Notes: generated by a model not told the origin, from the sequence alone. Numbered from the stretch's first letter, positions 8,906-22,832 are shown. The stretch is DNA of 64,000 nt from Escherichia coli (GCF_016903815.1 NZ_CP069973.1); one strand, 5' to 3'. Program-made: numbers and translations.

Positions 8906-9946
8906 TCAGGGAATGAGCAACACTTTGCCCGGCATAGCATTACGAGCGATGTCACGCACCGCCTGGGCGAAGCTTTCAAAGCTTCCACGGTGAGCGATTA
9001 ATGGCTCCAGGCTTAACTTACGTTCTGTCAGCAACCGGCTCGCCGTTTCCCACTCCTGCCCCGGCCAAGGGCTGGAGTAGTTCATCCAGCTGCCGATAAC
9101 CGTCAGCTCTTTACGTAATATTTTGCCAAACGTTGTCGATGTTAAATGCAGATCCTGATGCAACGTGCCCACCAGCGCCAGCTGGGCATGAGGCCCGGCA
9201 ATCTCTACCGCCAGTTCGACGGTTTTCGGGACACCAGCCGTCTCGAGGATAAGCTGATTAAAGCGCAGCTCGCGTAAAACGCCCTGCATTTGCGGCGCGC
9301 TCATTTCAAGGCTGTTAAATGTTAGCATCGCCCCGAAAGATTTTGCCAGAGCCAGTTTTTCTGAGCTAATGTCGATAGCCGTCACACTCTTTGCTCCCAG
9401 CGCGACAGCGCACTGAATTGCCAGCAGGCCAATGGTTCCGGCACCAATAATAATAACGTTTTTATTCTCACAACCTTGCGCTAAATGAAAAGCATGCAGG
9501 CCAACGGTAATCGGCTCAATAAAAGCCCCATCCTCAATAGACATATCCGTGGGTAGAGCAAAGACATTTTTTCGCTTAACGACAATATATTCAGCAAATC
9601 CACCATCACGCCGCGAGCCAATAAAATCATATTTTGCGCACTGGGAATAAAACCCTTTCAAACACTCTGGACAAGTAAAACAGGGTAATAACGGCACACA
9701 GGCAACCGCATCGCCAGGGTGTAAATCATCAACACCGGATCCCACCGCATCAATATAGCCGCTAAATTCATGGCCTAACGTTATTGGATAATAATGTGCA
9801 CCATTTTTAAATATCCTGGGTAAATCGGAACCACATAAGCCCGAGCTGGCAATTTTTACCCGCACCTGATCCTGATGTTTAATTTCAGGAATGACGCTTT
9901 CTGCAATGCGCACGATACCATCAGTATCATTCACCACTGATTTCAT
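8906..9946 (-). CDS. gatD: Galactitol-1-phosphate 5-dehydrogenase
   Basis: 346-aa zinc-type alcohol dehydrogenase (GHEFSG, Cys cluster) in gat operon position. Confidence 0.9.
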   Translation of the reverse strand: MKSVVNDTDGIVRIAESVIPEIKHQDQVRVKIASSGLCGSDLPRIFKNGAHYYPITLGHEFSGYIDAVGSGVDDLHPGDAVACVPLLPCFTCPECLKGFYSQCAKYDFIGSRRDGGFAEYIVVKRKNVFALPTDMSIEDGAFIEPITVGLHAFHLAQGCENKNVIIIGAGTIGLLAIQCAVALGAKSVTAIDISSEKLALAKSFGAMLTFNSLEMSAPQMQGVLRELRFNQLILETAGVPKTVELAVEIAGPHAQLALVGTLHQDLHLTSTTFGKILRKELTVIGSWMNYSSPWPGQEWETASRLLTERKLSLEPLIAHRGSFESFAQAVRDIARNAMPGKVLLIP

Positions 9947-9993
9947 AAAAACTCCTGATTGTTAAGGGGGATTACCTCCCCCTCAGGTAAAAA

Positions 9994-11349
9994 TTATTCT
10001 GCGAGAACGGCTTTCTCTTGTTTAATAAAACCACGCGCTCTACGCCAGGTCATGAAAATACCGGTCAGATAAATTGCGCCGATAATAATGAAACCGGGAA
10101 TATTTTGCGGGGAGAAAACCTGAATCAGTAACCAGGTAATGGGAGAACCGCCCTGATCCATTGAAGCCACCATACCTCCGGCTTTTAACGCCCCAGCATT
10201 GGCCGCCAGTTGGGTGTGCAAACCAATAGTTTGCGTCGCGATCCACAGGGTGATGCTCATAATGATGACACCCGAGATTAAGGTGCGGAACAGATTTCCA
10301 CGATGCACGGCGACCGCCATCGCCACGAAGAAGCCGATAGTTGCAAGATCGCCAAACGGCAGCACCTGATTACCCGGCACACAAACAGCAATTAAAATGG
10401 TGAGTGGAATAAAAATCAGGCTTGCCGATACCACCGCCGTATGCCCCAGCAGCAACGCCGGATCAAGGCCAATCAGGAACTCCTGACCGCCGAACTTCGC
10501 CTGTAAACGACTACGGGCCTGCTTAGCGATGGGCGTTAAACCATCCATGATGGGTTTAATCACCCGTGGCATCAGCAGCATAACTGCCGCCGTTTTTACC
10601 GCCAGCTGCAATACACCTTTGACATCGTAACCCGCGAGGATGCCGATAATTAGCCCCATCACAAAACCCACGGTGACAGGCTCGCCAAATGGGCCAAATT
10701 TGCGCTGAATATCGTCGGCGCTAAATTTAATACGGTTAACGCCTGGGATTTTCTCGATGATAGCATCCACCAGCACCGCAATTGGCCCCAGATACGCCGA
10801 CGTACCGTGCGGAATGGCAATGCCTTCCAGCTCAAAGAAATTTCGGGTATCGCGGGCAAACCAGTCGCCGAGCTTATAAACAAACGCCGCGTGAATTACC
10901 ACACCCGCCATCCCTATCATCCATGAACCGGTTGCCAGATGCAGCAATGCGCCGGTGAAGGTCATATGCCAGATATTCCAGATATCAACATTTACCACCC
11001 GCGTCATACGGGTCAGTAGCATCGCCACGTTAACCAGAATCGCAATCGGAATCGCCACCAGCGCAATTTGCGACGCCCAGGTCATTGGTGAAGAGCCCGG
11101 CCAACCGACATCGACCACATGCAGATTCAGGTCGAAATTTTCCGCCATCGCTTTCGCCGCCGGGCCAATGGAATCCAGCATTAAGCCAATCACAAGGCCA
11201 ATGCCAACAAAGCCAATCCCGATATGCAGACCCGCTTTAAAGCAATCGCCTGCCTTCATGCCTAATATTTTAGAAAAAATAATGATGACAATCGGCAGCA
11301 TCACCGTAGGGCCGAGGTCGAGAATATAACGCATGACTTCTGAAAACAT
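9994..11349 (-). CDS. gatC: PTS galactitol EIIC
   Basis: 451-aa polytopic membrane protein between gatD and gatB. Confidence 0.9.
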   Translation of the reverse strand: MFSEVMRYILDLGPTVMLPIVIIIFSKILGMKAGDCFKAGLHIGIGFVGIGLVIGLMLDSIGPAAKAMAENFDLNLHVVDVGWPGSSPMTWASQIALVAIPIAILVNVAMLLTRMTRVVNVDIWNIWHMTFTGALLHLATGSWMIGMAGVVIHAAFVYKLGDWFARDTRNFFELEGIAIPHGTSAYLGPIAVLVDAIIEKIPGVNRIKFSADDIQRKFGPFGEPVTVGFVMGLIIGILAGYDVKGVLQLAVKTAAVMLLMPRVIKPIMDGLTPIAKQARSRLQAKFGGQEFLIGLDPALLLGHTAVVSASLIFIPLTILIAVCVPGNQVLPFGDLATIGFFVAMAVAVHRGNLFRTLISGVIIMSITLWIATQTIGLHTQLAANAGALKAGGMVASMDQGGSPITWLLIQVFSPQNIPGFIIIGAIYLTGIFMTWRRARGFIKQEKAVLAE

Positions 11350-11352
11350 AGG

Positions 11353-11637
11353 TCACCCCTGTAAGATAGTCAGAATTTTATTTTGTAATGCTTCGATACC
11401 GACACCAGAAACAAAAGGCATGCCGTGAACTAACGGAATATCGCCAAAACTACGGTCAACTTTGGCGGTAGTACATATCAAATGCACGCCATCCATATAG
11501 GTTTCTATTTCATTAACCCGACACTGGATTAATTCAACAGGAATATTATGACTCTGACACAACTCTTTAATTTCTTCCGCCGCCATCGTGGAGGTCGCAA
11601 CCGCGCCTCCGCAAGCGACAATAATCTTGCGTTTCAT
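11353..11637 (-). CDS. gatB: PTS galactitol EIIB
   Basis: 94 aa, [16 protein letters not shown] with active-site Cys. Confidence 0.9.
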   Translation of the reverse strand: MKRKIIVACGGAVATSTMAAEEIKELCQSHNIPVELIQCRVNEIETYMDGVHLICTTAKVDRSFGDIPLVHGMPFVSGVGIEALQNKILTILQG

Positions 11638-11667
11638 AAATAGTCCTTTTTATTGTTACAGAGGGAT

Positions 11668-12120
11668 TTATTCGTCTGAATCTAAAACATACTTTGTGAA
11701 GTATTCCTTTAACTGGGTTTCAGGAAGAGTGATTAGTGTCTCGACGATCTCGGGCTGTTGTAACTTGCCAAATAAACAGCGTAAAAGTTTCAATTGCTGC
11801 TGCGGATTTTCCACAATTAACGCAATAACCAACGATACCGCCACGTCGTTATCATCATCCGCTTGCTGAAAATGAACTTTATTTGTTGGCCTTAACAGAT
11901 AAATGGCTGACGACTTAGCATGAATCGCCTCACAATGCGGTATTGCAATGGCGTGCTGCTCAAGCATTATCCCGGTAGGGAATTCTGCTTCTCTGGCAAT
12001 TAATGCCTGTGGCCAGGTATCATGAACCACACCTTTCGCGAGCATCTCATTACCGATATGGGTTAAAACTTCGCTACGATCGACAAAAGAAATTCCGCTA
12101 CGAACAAACAGGTTAGTCAT
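11668..12120 (-). CDS. gatA: PTS galactitol EIIA
   Basis: 150-aa EIIA-type ORF in operon position. Confidence 0.9.
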   Translation of the reverse strand: MTNLFVRSGISFVDRSEVLTHIGNEMLAKGVVHDTWPQALIAREAEFPTGIMLEQHAIAIPHCEAIHAKSSAIYLLRPTNKVHFQQADDDNDVAVSLVIALIVENPQQQLKLLRCLFGKLQQPEIVETLITLPETQLKEYFTKYVLDSDE

Positions 12121-12129
12121 ATACCGTCC

Positions 12130-14324
<2,195 letters not shown>

Positions 14325-14436
14325 TTAAATGTCGAGATAACGATCACAAAAACGACAATATGAAAATTGTTCGAGGAGTGAAAGGCAAAAAAACGGCCTC
14401 CCGATAGGGAAGCCGTAGCAAAGTGCGCGTTATTTT

Positions 14437-14473
14437 ATGCCGGATGCAGTGTAAACGCCTTATCCGTCATACG
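14437..14473. repeat. REP element
   Basis: ATGCCGGATGCAGTGTAAACGCCTTATCCGTCATACG matches the REP consensus family. Confidence 0.4.
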
Positions 14474-14499
14474 TGGCAGTGCTGGTCGTACAAAGCACA

Positions 14500-15552
14500 T
14501 CAGGCGATAGTAATTTTGCTATCGAGATAAACGTCCTGCACGGCGTTAATCAGTTTCACGCCGTCAGCCATCGATTTCTTGAACGCCTTACGTCCAAGAA
14601 TCAGCCCCATTCCGCCAGCGCGTTTGTTGATGACCGCAGTACGCACTGCATCGCTGAGGTCAGTTTCACCGCCTGCAGCACCGCCGGAGTTTATCAACCC
14701 TGCCCGGCCCATATAGCAGTTAGCTAACTGATAACGCACCAGATCAATCGGGTTTTCGCTGGTTAACTTGCTGTACACGCGATCGTCGGTATAACCGTAA
14801 TTAATCGCTTTATAGCCGCCGTTATTTTCCGCCATTTTTTGTTTAACGATATCTGCACCTATGGTCGCCGCCAGATGGTTTGCCTGACCGGTCAGGTCGG
14901 CGGAAACATGGTAATCAACGCCATCTTTCTTAAAGGCGGAGTTACGCAAATAGGCCCACAGCACTGTCACCATGCCCAGCTCGTGCGCACGTTCAAAAGC
15001 CGCAGAAATTTCTTCAATCTGGCGACGTGACTCTTCCGAACCAAAATAGATAGTCGCACCAACCGCCACCGCGCCCATGTTGAAGGCCTGCTCCACGCTG
15101 GCATACAGCGTTTGATCGTAGGTATTCGGGTAACTTAGCGTCTCGTTGTGATTAAGTTTGACGAGGAATGGAATGCGATGCGCGTAACGCCGCGATACCG
15201 ATGCCAGCACACCGTAAGTTGACGCCACACAGTTACAGCCCGCTTCGATCGCCAGTTCAACAATGTTTTTCGGGTCAAAGTAGAGCGGGTTAGCGGCAAA
15301 TGAAGCTCCGGCAGAGTGCTCAACGCCCTGGTCAACCGGCAGAATAGAAAGATATCCTGTGCCAGCCAGACGCCCAGTGTTGTACAACGTCTGCATATTA
15401 CGTAACACCGCTGGCGGGCGATTATTGTCAATCATCACGCGGTCTACGTAGTCATGCCCGGGGAGATAAAGCTGGTCAGAAGGAATAGTCATACAACGGT
15501 GCTGTAAAAGGTTGTCGGCGTCTTTGCCAAGCAACTGCGCAATATCTGTCAT
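14500..15552 (-). CDS. fbaB: Fructose-bisphosphate aldolase class I
   Basis: 350 aa from [16 protein letters not shown]; track ORF extends 24 codons upstream. Confidence 0.9.
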
Positions 15553-15808
15553 TACTATGCTCCCGTAAATTCCGATTGGATATCGGCTATGGATTGTCCT
15601 GGCCCGCCTTTTGCGGGCAATCATAATCCTGGTCGTTACAGGCGAGTTTTTCCATCTTTTGGATGTTTTTTCAGCGTTTTCTGTTGGCTCGATTCATCAG
15701 AAAAAATGTTACCGCGGTCAAGTTTTCACCGCAAAGGTATTTAAAAGGTATTATTAAATGGTATTGTCATCGCGTACCTTACATTACCTGTCATGAAGGA
15801 ATTAAAAG

Positions 15809-17086
15809 ATGAAAACAACAGCAAAGCTGTCGTTCATGATGTTTGTTGAATGGTTTATCTGGGGCGCGTGGTTTGTGCCATTGTGGTTGTGGTTAAGTAA
15901 AAGCGGTTTTAGTGCCGGAGAAATTGGCTGGTCGTATGCCTGTACCGCCATTGCGGCGATCCTGTCGCCAATTCTGGTTGGCTCCATCACTGACCGCTTT
16001 TTCTCGGCGCAGAAAGTGCTGGCGGTATTGATGTTCGCTGGTGCGGCGCTGATGTATTTCGCTGCGCAACAGACCACTTTTGCCGGGTTCTTCCCGTTAC
16101 TGCTGGCCTACTCGCTAACCTATATGCCGACCATTGCGCTGACTAACAGTATCGCTTTTGCCAACGTGCCGGATGTGGAGCGTGATTTCCCACGCATTCG
16201 TGTGATGGGCACTATCGGCTGGATTGCCTCCGGTCTGGCATGTGGATTTTTGCCGCAAATGCTGGGTTATGCCGATATCTCTCCGACTAACATCCCGCTA
16301 CTGATTACCGCCGGAAGTTCTGCTCTGCTCGGTGTGTTTGCGTTTTTCCTGCCCGACACGCCGCCAAAAAGCACCGGCAAAATGGACATTAAAGTCATGC
16401 TCGGCCTGGATGCGCTGATCCTGCTGCGCGATAAAAACTTCCTCGTCTTTTTCTTCTGTTCATTCCTGTTTGCGATGCCACTGGCGTTCTATTACATCTT
16501 TGCCAACGGTTATCTGACAGAAGTCGGCATGAAAAACGCCACCGGCTGGATGACGCTCGGCCAGTTCTCTGAAATCTTCTTTATGCTGGCATTGCCGTTT
16601 TTTACCAAACGCTTTGGTATCAAAAAGGTATTATTACTTGGTCTGGTCACCGCTGCGATCCGCTATGGCTTCTTTATTTACGGTAGTGCGGATGAATATT
16701 TCACCTACGCGTTACTGTTCCTCGGCATTTTGCTGCATGGAGTAAGTTACGATTTTTACTACGTTACCGCTTACATCTATGTCGATAAAAAAGCCCCCGT
16801 GCATATGCGTACCGCTGCGCAGGGGCTGATCACGCTCTGCTGCCAGGGCTTCGGCAGTTTGCTCGGCTATCGTCTTGGCGGTGTGATGATGGAAAAGATG
16901 TTCGCTTATCAGGAACCGGTAAACGGACTGACTTTCAACTGGTCCGGGATGTGGACTTTCGGCGCGGTGATGATTGCCATTATCGCCGTGCTGTTCATGA
17001 TTTTTTTCCGCGAATCCGACAACGAAATTACGGCTATCAAGGTCGATGATCGCGATATTGCGTTGACACAAGGGGAAGTTAAATGA
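15809..17086 (+). CDS. yegT: MFS nucleoside transporter
   Basis: 425-aa polytopic membrane protein, first gene of yegTUV. Confidence 0.85.
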   Translation: MKTTAKLSFMMFVEWFIWGAWFVPLWLWLSKSGFSAGEIGWSYACTAIAAILSPILVGSITDRFFSAQKVLAVLMFAGAALMYFAAQQTTFAGFFPLLLAYSLTYMPTIALTNSIAFANVPDVERDFPRIRVMGTIGWIASGLACGFLPQMLGYADISPTNIPLLITAGSSALLGVFAFFLPDTPPKSTGKMDIKVMLGLDALILLRDKNFLVFFFCSFLFAMPLAFYYIFANGYLTEVGMKNATGWMTLGQFSEIFFMLALPFFTKRFGIKKVLLLGLVTAAIRYGFFIYGSADEYFTYALLFLGILLHGVSYDFYYVTAYIYVDKKAPVHMRTAAQGLITLCCQGFGSLLGYRLGGVMMEKMFAYQEPVNGLTFNWSGMWTFGAVMIAIIAVLFMIFFRESDNEITAIKVDDRDIALTQGEVK

Positions 17087-18087
17087 AAACAGAACGTATT
17101 CTCGGTGCTCTTTATGGGCAGGCGTTAGGGGATGCGATGGGGATGCCCTCCGAGCTTTGGCCACGCAGCCGCGTTAAAGCACACTTTGGCTGGATTGACC
17201 GTTTTCTGCCTGGACCAAAGGAGAATAACGCGGCCTGTTATTTTAACCGCGCCGAATTCACCGACGATACCTCGATGGCGCTGTGTCTGGCGGATGCGTT
17301 ACTGGAACGTAAAGGCAAGATCGATCCGGATCTGATTGGGCGTAATATTCTCGACTGGGCGCTGCGTTTCGACGCCTTTAACAAAAACGTACTAGGTCCG
17401 ACCTCGAAGATTGCTCTCAACGCCATTCGCGACGGTAAACCCGTTGCTGAACTGGAAAACAACGGCGTGACCAACGGCGCAGCGATGCGCGTCTCGCCAT
17501 TAGGTTGTTTGCTTCCGGCGCGTGATGTTGATTCCTTTATTGATGATGTGGCGCTGGCGTCCAGCCCGACCCATAAATCCGATCTGGCGGTTGCAGGTGC
17601 GGTAGTCATCGCATGGGCGATTTCCCGTGCCATTGACGGAGAAAGCTGGTCAGCGATTGTTGATTCACTACCCTCGATTGCGCGACATGCACAGCAAAAA
17701 CGCATCACCACCTTCAGCGCCTCACTGGCGGCGCGCCTGGAGATTGCGCTGAAAATTGTGCGCAATGCCGACGGCACTGAATCCGCCAGCGAACAGCTTT
17801 ACCAGGTCGTTGGCGCAGGTACCAGCACTATTGAGTCCGTTCCGTGCGCCATTGCGCTGGTTGAACTGGCACAAACCGACCCGAACCGTTGCGCCGTCCT
17901 CTGCGCTAACCTTGGCGGCGATACAGACACCATCGGTGCTATGGCGACGGCAATCTGCGGCGCGTTGCATGGCATTAACGCTATCGATCCTGCGTTAAAG
18001 GTGGAGCTGGATGCGGTAAATCAGCTTGATTTCAACCGCTATGCCACAGCGCTGGCGAAATATCGTCAACAACGGGAGGCGGTATGA
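17083..18087 (+). CDS. yegU: ADP-ribosylglycohydrolase-family protein
   Basis: 334 aa, 4-nt overlap with yegT, Asp/Thr-rich metal-site segments. Confidence 0.8.
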   Translation: MKTERILGALYGQALGDAMGMPSELWPRSRVKAHFGWIDRFLPGPKENNAACYFNRAEFTDDTSMALCLADALLERKGKIDPDLIGRNILDWALRFDAFNKNVLGPTSKIALNAIRDGKPVAELENNGVTNGAAMRVSPLGCLLPARDVDSFIDDVALASSPTHKSDLAVAGAVVIAWAISRAIDGESWSAIVDSLPSIARHAQQKRITTFSASLAARLEIALKIVRNADGTESASEQLYQVVGAGTSTIESVPCAIALVELAQTDPNRCAVLCANLGGDTDTIGAMATAICGALHGINAIDPALKVELDAVNQLDFNRYATALAKYRQQREAV

Positions 18088-19049
18088 GCGGCGCTCGATT
18101 ACACACGCTGCTGCCTGAATTAACCACGCGTCAGTCGGTGATGGTCGTCGGCGCGGCGGTCATTGACGTGATCGCCGACGCTTATGCCCTCCCCTGGCGT
18201 GGGTGCGATATCGAACTGAAACAGCAGAGCGTTAACGTTGGCGGCTGCGCACTGAATATTGCCGTGGCGTTAAAGCGCCTCGGCATCGAAGCGGGTAACG
18301 CCTTGCCGCTCGGTCAGGGCGTGTGGGCGGAGATTATTCGCAACCGGATGGCAAAAGAGGGCTTAATCAGCCTGATCGATAACGCCGAAGGTGATAACGG
18401 CTGGTGTCTGGCGCTGGTTGAGCCGGATGGCGAACGCACTTTTATGTCATTCAGCGGTGTGGAAAATCAGTGGAATCGCCAGTGGCTGGCGCGATTAACC
18501 GTTGCGCCTGGCAGCCTGCTCTATTTTTCCGGTTATCAACTGGCCTCGCCCTGCGGCGAATTATTAGTGGAATGGCTGGAAAAGCTGCAAGACGTGACGC
18601 CGTTTATCGATTTTGGCCCACGTATTGGCGATATCCCGGATGCATTGCTGGCGCGGATCATGGCCTGTCGACCTTTAGTGTCACTCAATCGTCAGGAGGC
18701 TGAGATTGCCGCCGAACGTTTTGCTTTATCCGCAGAGATAACAACACTTGGCAAGCAATGGCAGGAGAAATTTGCCGCGCCGTTGATCATTCGTCTCGAT
18801 AAAGAGGGCGCATGGTATTTCAGCAACGACGCTTCTGGCTGCATTCCGGCATTTCCAACGCAAGTAGTAGACACCATTGGGGCGGGCGACAGTCATGCAG
18901 GTGGCGTACTTGCCGGGCTAGCCTCTGGTCTGCCACTGGCGGATGCCGTATTACTGGGCAATGCAGTGGCGTCGTGGGTTGTCGGGCATCGGGGCGGTGA
19001 TTGTGCGCCAACGCGCGAGGAACTACTCCTCGCACACAAAAACGTATAG
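18084..19049 (+). CDS. yegV: PfkB-family sugar/nucleoside kinase
   Basis: 321 aa with C-terminal DTIGAGDSHAGG ribokinase signature. Confidence 0.85.
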   Translation: MSGARLHTLLPELTTRQSVMVVGAAVIDVIADAYALPWRGCDIELKQQSVNVGGCALNIAVALKRLGIEAGNALPLGQGVWAEIIRNRMAKEGLISLIDNAEGDNGWCLALVEPDGERTFMSFSGVENQWNRQWLARLTVAPGSLLYFSGYQLASPCGELLVEWLEKLQDVTPFIDFGPRIGDIPDALLARIMACRPLVSLNRQEAEIAAERFALSAEITTLGKQWQEKFAAPLIIRLDKEGAWYFSNDASGCIPAFPTQVVDTIGAGDSHAGGVLAGLASGLPLADAVLLGNAVASWVVGHRGGDCAPTREELLLAHKNV

Positions 19050-19769
19050 ATCGCTGCGACAGTGGCTGATGCTGTACTCAATAGGCCGTTGCTGTTGGTC
19101 AAGCGCCACTTGCTTGATCACCAGCACCGGTATTTTGCTATCTAACTGAATATGTGACTGAAACTCGGCATCCGGCATCCGGGCGCTAACGCGGGAACGC
19201 GTACGTTGTGGGTAAATGTGCTGGCTGCGGAAGTAGTCATAAAGAGAAATTCCGATGGCATCAACATCATGAATTAAATGCGCAGGAACCCACGATTCCT
19301 CAATTGATACCGCTTCTTCATCGACATAGCGAATACGCTTAAGCAAAAAGACATTACTTCCTGCTTCGACCGCTAGCTGCTGCGCGACTTCTTCGGGACA
19401 TTTCACGACACGCTTGTTAACCCATAGTGTATCGGGCTTTTTCCCGCGCAATACCACCTGCTGAGAAAAACCTCGCGCTTCTTTCAACGAGTATTCGAAG
19501 ATGTTGTTGATCTGCGTACCGTAACCACGCGAACGCGTCACCACGCCCTCTTCTTCCAGCGCCTGCATCGCCTTGCGCACCGTAATGCGCGAAACGCCGG
19601 TTAACTGACTTAAATCACGCTCACCGGGCAAAATATTGCCATGCTCCAGCACCCCGCTGCGCACGGCATTTTTTACCGTTTCGGCAAACTTAATATAAAG
19701 CGGCGTGTTATCCGCCGCTAAAATACGTTCGTTCAGTTGGGCAATCAGCTGGGTATGCGCTTGTTCCAT
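19023..19769 (-). CDS. yegW: GntR/HutC-family transcriptional regulator
   Basis: 248 aa, N-terminal winged HTH (LPGERDLSQLTGVSRITVRKAM). Confidence 0.85.
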   Translation of the reverse strand: MEQAHTQLIAQLNERILAADNTPLYIKFAETVKNAVRSGVLEHGNILPGERDLSQLTGVSRITVRKAMQALEEEGVVTRSRGYGTQINNIFEYSLKEARGFSQQVVLRGKKPDTLWVNKRVVKCPEEVAQQLAVEAGSNVFLLKRIRYVDEEAVSIEESWVPAHLIHDVDAIGISLYDYFRSQHIYPQRTRSRVSARMPDAEFQSHIQLDSKIPVLVIKQVALDQQQRPIEYSISHCRSDLYVFVCEE

Positions 19770-19820
19770 TTGTCTTTTTCCTGCCAGGGAGTCTGGTGGG
19801 AGTATATCACTGCTTCTTAT

Positions 19821-20639
19821 TTAAGGCGTTTCTTTAATCCCATCAACGAATGCCTGCAACTCCTCCACCGTGCCATTAAATACATTAAAATCCACCGGAC
19901 CATTGATGCCATCTACCTGTCCACGGTCGGAATGCTGCCAGAAGCGCCAGGCCATTCCGTCATTGTCCGGACGACGTTGATAGTAATGAGCCACCCACCA
20001 CGGATATTCATTGAAATAGCCCGCCAGATTCGTGTGATAAAAAACGGCTCCTGAGTAAATAATCGGCTTTTTCCCCGTACTTTTTTCGACCATTTTTAGC
20101 CACTGACTTACCCACTTGCGTAATTCTTTTGCCGATAATTTTCCCCGTTCTTCTACGTCCAGCACGGCAGGGAAATCGCCTTGTGAGAAATCCACCGTTT
20201 GCAGAAATAATCTCGCCTGAACTGAAGCGGATACCGACGGGGAAAAATAATGATACGCCCCGCGCAGCAGGCCATTTTCGCGGCTTAGTTGCCAGTTACG
20301 CGAAAAATAGGGGTCCACCAGCTTTTCGCCTTCCGTCGCCTTGATAAAGGCAAATTGCAAGCGAATACCGTTATCGCGCATTTTTGCCACCCGCTGCCAG
20401 TCGATTCGCTCCTGCCAGCGCGAAACATCTATTCCGTGAATGGTGTAACTGGCAGGAATGCGAATAGCGAAAGATTTAACCGGGCGATAACCGTAGAAGT
20501 GGATGTAGTCTTTAATCTGAATTGCTGTCGAATAGAAAAAATTCACCGTCTGACGCGGATGAATCGCAACGATGGAAATTAGCCCAAGAGCGCATAATAA
20601 AGCGGTGAGTTTTTTTCGACTGGTGATTCTTAGCTGCAT
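19821..20639 (-). CDS. yegX: GH25 lysozyme-like glycoside hydrolase
   Basis: Signal peptide plus GH25-like GIDVSRWQ segment. Confidence 0.75.
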   Translation of the reverse strand: MQLRITSRKKLTALLCALGLISIVAIHPRQTVNFFYSTAIQIKDYIHFYGYRPVKSFAIRIPASYTIHGIDVSRWQERIDWQRVAKMRDNGIRLQFAFIKATEGEKLVDPYFSRNWQLSRENGLLRGAYHYFSPSVSASVQARLFLQTVDFSQGDFPAVLDVEERGKLSAKELRKWVSQWLKMVEKSTGKKPIIYSGAVFYHTNLAGYFNEYPWWVAHYYQRRPDNDGMAWRFWQHSDRGQVDGINGPVDFNVFNGTVEELQAFVDGIKETP

Positions 20640-20703
20640 TGGTTTCATCCCTGAATGTCAGTGCCAAAGGCTGACAATAACCAAAGCAGCTATAGTACGG
20701 TGC

Positions 20704-21504
20704 TCACCACCAGGCGTGGAAGTGGTGAACCGGACCAATACCGTGACCAACTTCCAGCGTGTCGGCCTGGGCTAACGCCGATGAAAGCCAGCTTTTTGCC
20801 TCCTGTACGGTGTCAGCCCAGTTTGTATGGCGCGGGCGTAGTGCAGCCAACGCCGCAGAGAGCGTACAACCAGTGCCGTGGGTGTTTTGGGTCATAATGC
20901 GCGGTGCAGTAAATCGTTGTTCCCCCTCACGAGTAAACAGCCAGTCAGGGCTTTGCTCATCATCCAGATGACCACCTTTCATTAGCACTGCGCCACAGCC
21001 CATCGCCAACAGCGATCGCCCTTGTTCCAGCATTTCCTGTTCGGTGCGCGCGTGTGGCGCGTCGAGCAAGGCAGCAGCTTCGGGCAAGTTTGGCGTTATT
21101 AATGAAACCTGTGGCAATAATCGACTGCGCAGCGTAGCAACCGCCGAAGGTGAAAGCAGCGGGTCGCCGCTTTTTGCCAGCATAACGGTGTCGAGTACCA
21201 CGTTTTGGATCTGATAACGTTGCAACCGTTCTGCCACCGCTTCAACAATATCGGTTTCCGCCAACATACCGATTTTAGTGGTGTCGATTCGCACATCGCT
21301 GAACACCGAATCGAGCTGGGCGGCGACAAAATCAGGCTCAATGCGATACACCGACTGTACGCCACGGGTATTTTGCGCCACCAGTGCAGTAATCACTGAG
21401 CAACCATAAGCGCCAAGTGCCGAGAAGGTTTTAAGATCGGCCTGAATCCCCGCACCACCACTCGGATCAGTACCGGCAATCGTCAGAGCGTTAATTCGTT
21501 TCAT
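20704..21504 (-). CDS. thiD: Hydroxymethylpyrimidine/phosphomethylpyrimidine kinase
   Basis: 266 aa, [21 protein letters not shown]-terminus typical of ThiD. Confidence 0.9.
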   Translation of the reverse strand: MKRINALTIAGTDPSGGAGIQADLKTFSALGAYGCSVITALVAQNTRGVQSVYRIEPDFVAAQLDSVFSDVRIDTTKIGMLAETDIVEAVAERLQRYQIQNVVLDTVMLAKSGDPLLSPSAVATLRSRLLPQVSLITPNLPEAAALLDAPHARTEQEMLEQGRSLLAMGCGAVLMKGGHLDDEQSPDWLFTREGEQRFTAPRIMTQNTHGTGCTLSAALAALRPRHTNWADTVQEAKSWLSSALAQADTLEVGHGIGPVHHFHAWW

Positions 21505-22289
21505 GCCTGCACCTCCGGCGTCAATTGCCAGAGCGCATCAAGGAAATGTGGAACAAAACTGCCTGGCCCCTCGCTACTGGCGACTGCGCGTTCTCCGGCT
21601 TGTTTCATCCAGTGACAGGCAGATGCGATATTTTCCAGCGTATCGCCTGGTAGCGCACAACAGGCAGCGACAACCGCCGATAATGCACAGCCAGTTCCTA
21701 CCACTTTGGTCATTAACGGATCGCCACCGTGAATACCAATGATACGATGTCCATCGGTAACATAATCCATCTCGCCAGTGACCACGACGATTGCGCCAGT
21801 TTCCCGTGCCAGTGTTTGTGCAGCGGGTATCGCATTAGCTGCGGCGTCAGTGGTATCCACTCCCCGTCCACCATTAGCAACGCCAGCTAATGCCATGATT
21901 TCCGAAGCATTACCACGTATGGCGGTTGGCTTATGAGACAGAAGTTCCAGACAAAAACGGCGGCGATAATCGAGTGCACCCACCGCTACTGGATCAAGCG
22001 TCCAGGGTGTTTGAGAGCGTTTTGCCTGTTCAATGGCGGCACGCATCGCCTGTGCGCGTGGCTGCGTCAGCGTGCCAACGTTAATCAGCAACGCACTGGC
22101 GATAGCCGCAAACTGACTGGCCTCTTCGGTTTCGATAACCATCGCTGGGGATGCACCGAGCGCCAGCAAGGTATTGGCAGTAAAGGTTTGCACCACATCG
22201 TTGGTCATGCAGTGCACAAGAGGGGAATGTTGGTGAAAAAGATGTAACGCGTGCGCAGATTGCGCGGAACTCAGCAGGTCGACTTGCAT
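21501..22289 (-). CDS. thiM: Hydroxyethylthiazole kinase
   Basis: 262 aa, 4-nt overlap with thiD. Confidence 0.9.
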   Translation of the reverse strand: MQVDLLSSAQSAHALHLFHQHSPLVHCMTNDVVQTFTANTLLALGASPAMVIETEEASQFAAIASALLINVGTLTQPRAQAMRAAIEQAKRSQTPWTLDPVAVGALDYRRRFCLELLSHKPTAIRGNASEIMALAGVANGGRGVDTTDAAANAIPAAQTLARETGAIVVVTGEMDYVTDGHRIIGIHGGDPLMTKVVGTGCALSAVVAACCALPGDTLENIASACHWMKQAGERAVASSEGPGSFVPHFLDALWQLTPEVQA

Positions 22290-22291
22290 AG

Positions 22292-22450
22292 TTTGCTCCT
22301 GCCATAACGTGAAGAAGCAATGACCTGGTGGTCCGTGACTTCCCTACGCTGGCATTATCCAGATCAGGTGATACGGGTATTTCTCAGCCTTCACGCAGAA
22401 GGGCACCCCGAGTCGTTTGATTGCGATGATAAATCGCAGAGGAGGATGGT
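22292..22450 (-). promoter_or_regulatory. TPP riboswitch (thi-box) in thiMD leader
   Basis: Minus strand reads GGGGTGCCCTTCTGCGTGAAGGCTGAGAAATACCCGTATCACCTGATCTGGATAATGCCAGCGTAGGGAA with the conserved CTGAGA; thiM RBS lies in the downstream stem. Confidence 0.8.
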
Positions 22451-22511
22451 AATGTCCAGCGCACGCGTTGTAAACGAGTAAAAACCGCAGTTTTACAATC
22501 GCGTTAATAAA

Positions 22512-22784
22512 TTATTTGATATAAGAATCCAGCACCTTCAGAACGACATCCAGATCTTCTTCACGTTTTAGCTCATCCCCCTGGTGAACGATGTGTTCCG
22601 TCAGATGACCTTTAATCACTTCCCGCATCAGACCGTTTACCGCGCCACGGATAGCAGCAATCTGTTGTAAAACTGCAGCGCATTCGTGCGGCTCGTCGAG
22701 CATTTTCTTGAGCGCCACGACCTGGCCCTGAATCTTACTGGCACGCGCTTTCAGTTTCTGTTTATCACGGATGGTATGAGACAT
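22512..22784 (-). CDS. rcnR: Ni/Co-responsive repressor (CsoR/RcnR family)
   Basis: 90-aa CsoR-like protein divergent from rcnA. Confidence 0.9.
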
Positions 22785-22832
22785 GGCAACACCTGGTTAA
22801 TAAGAATATGAAAAATCATAGCACTATTAATC

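Noticed and set aside
16712-17164. 150-aa ORF antisense to the yegT/yegU junction
   Set aside because: Overlaps two well-supported sense genes and has no independent signals.
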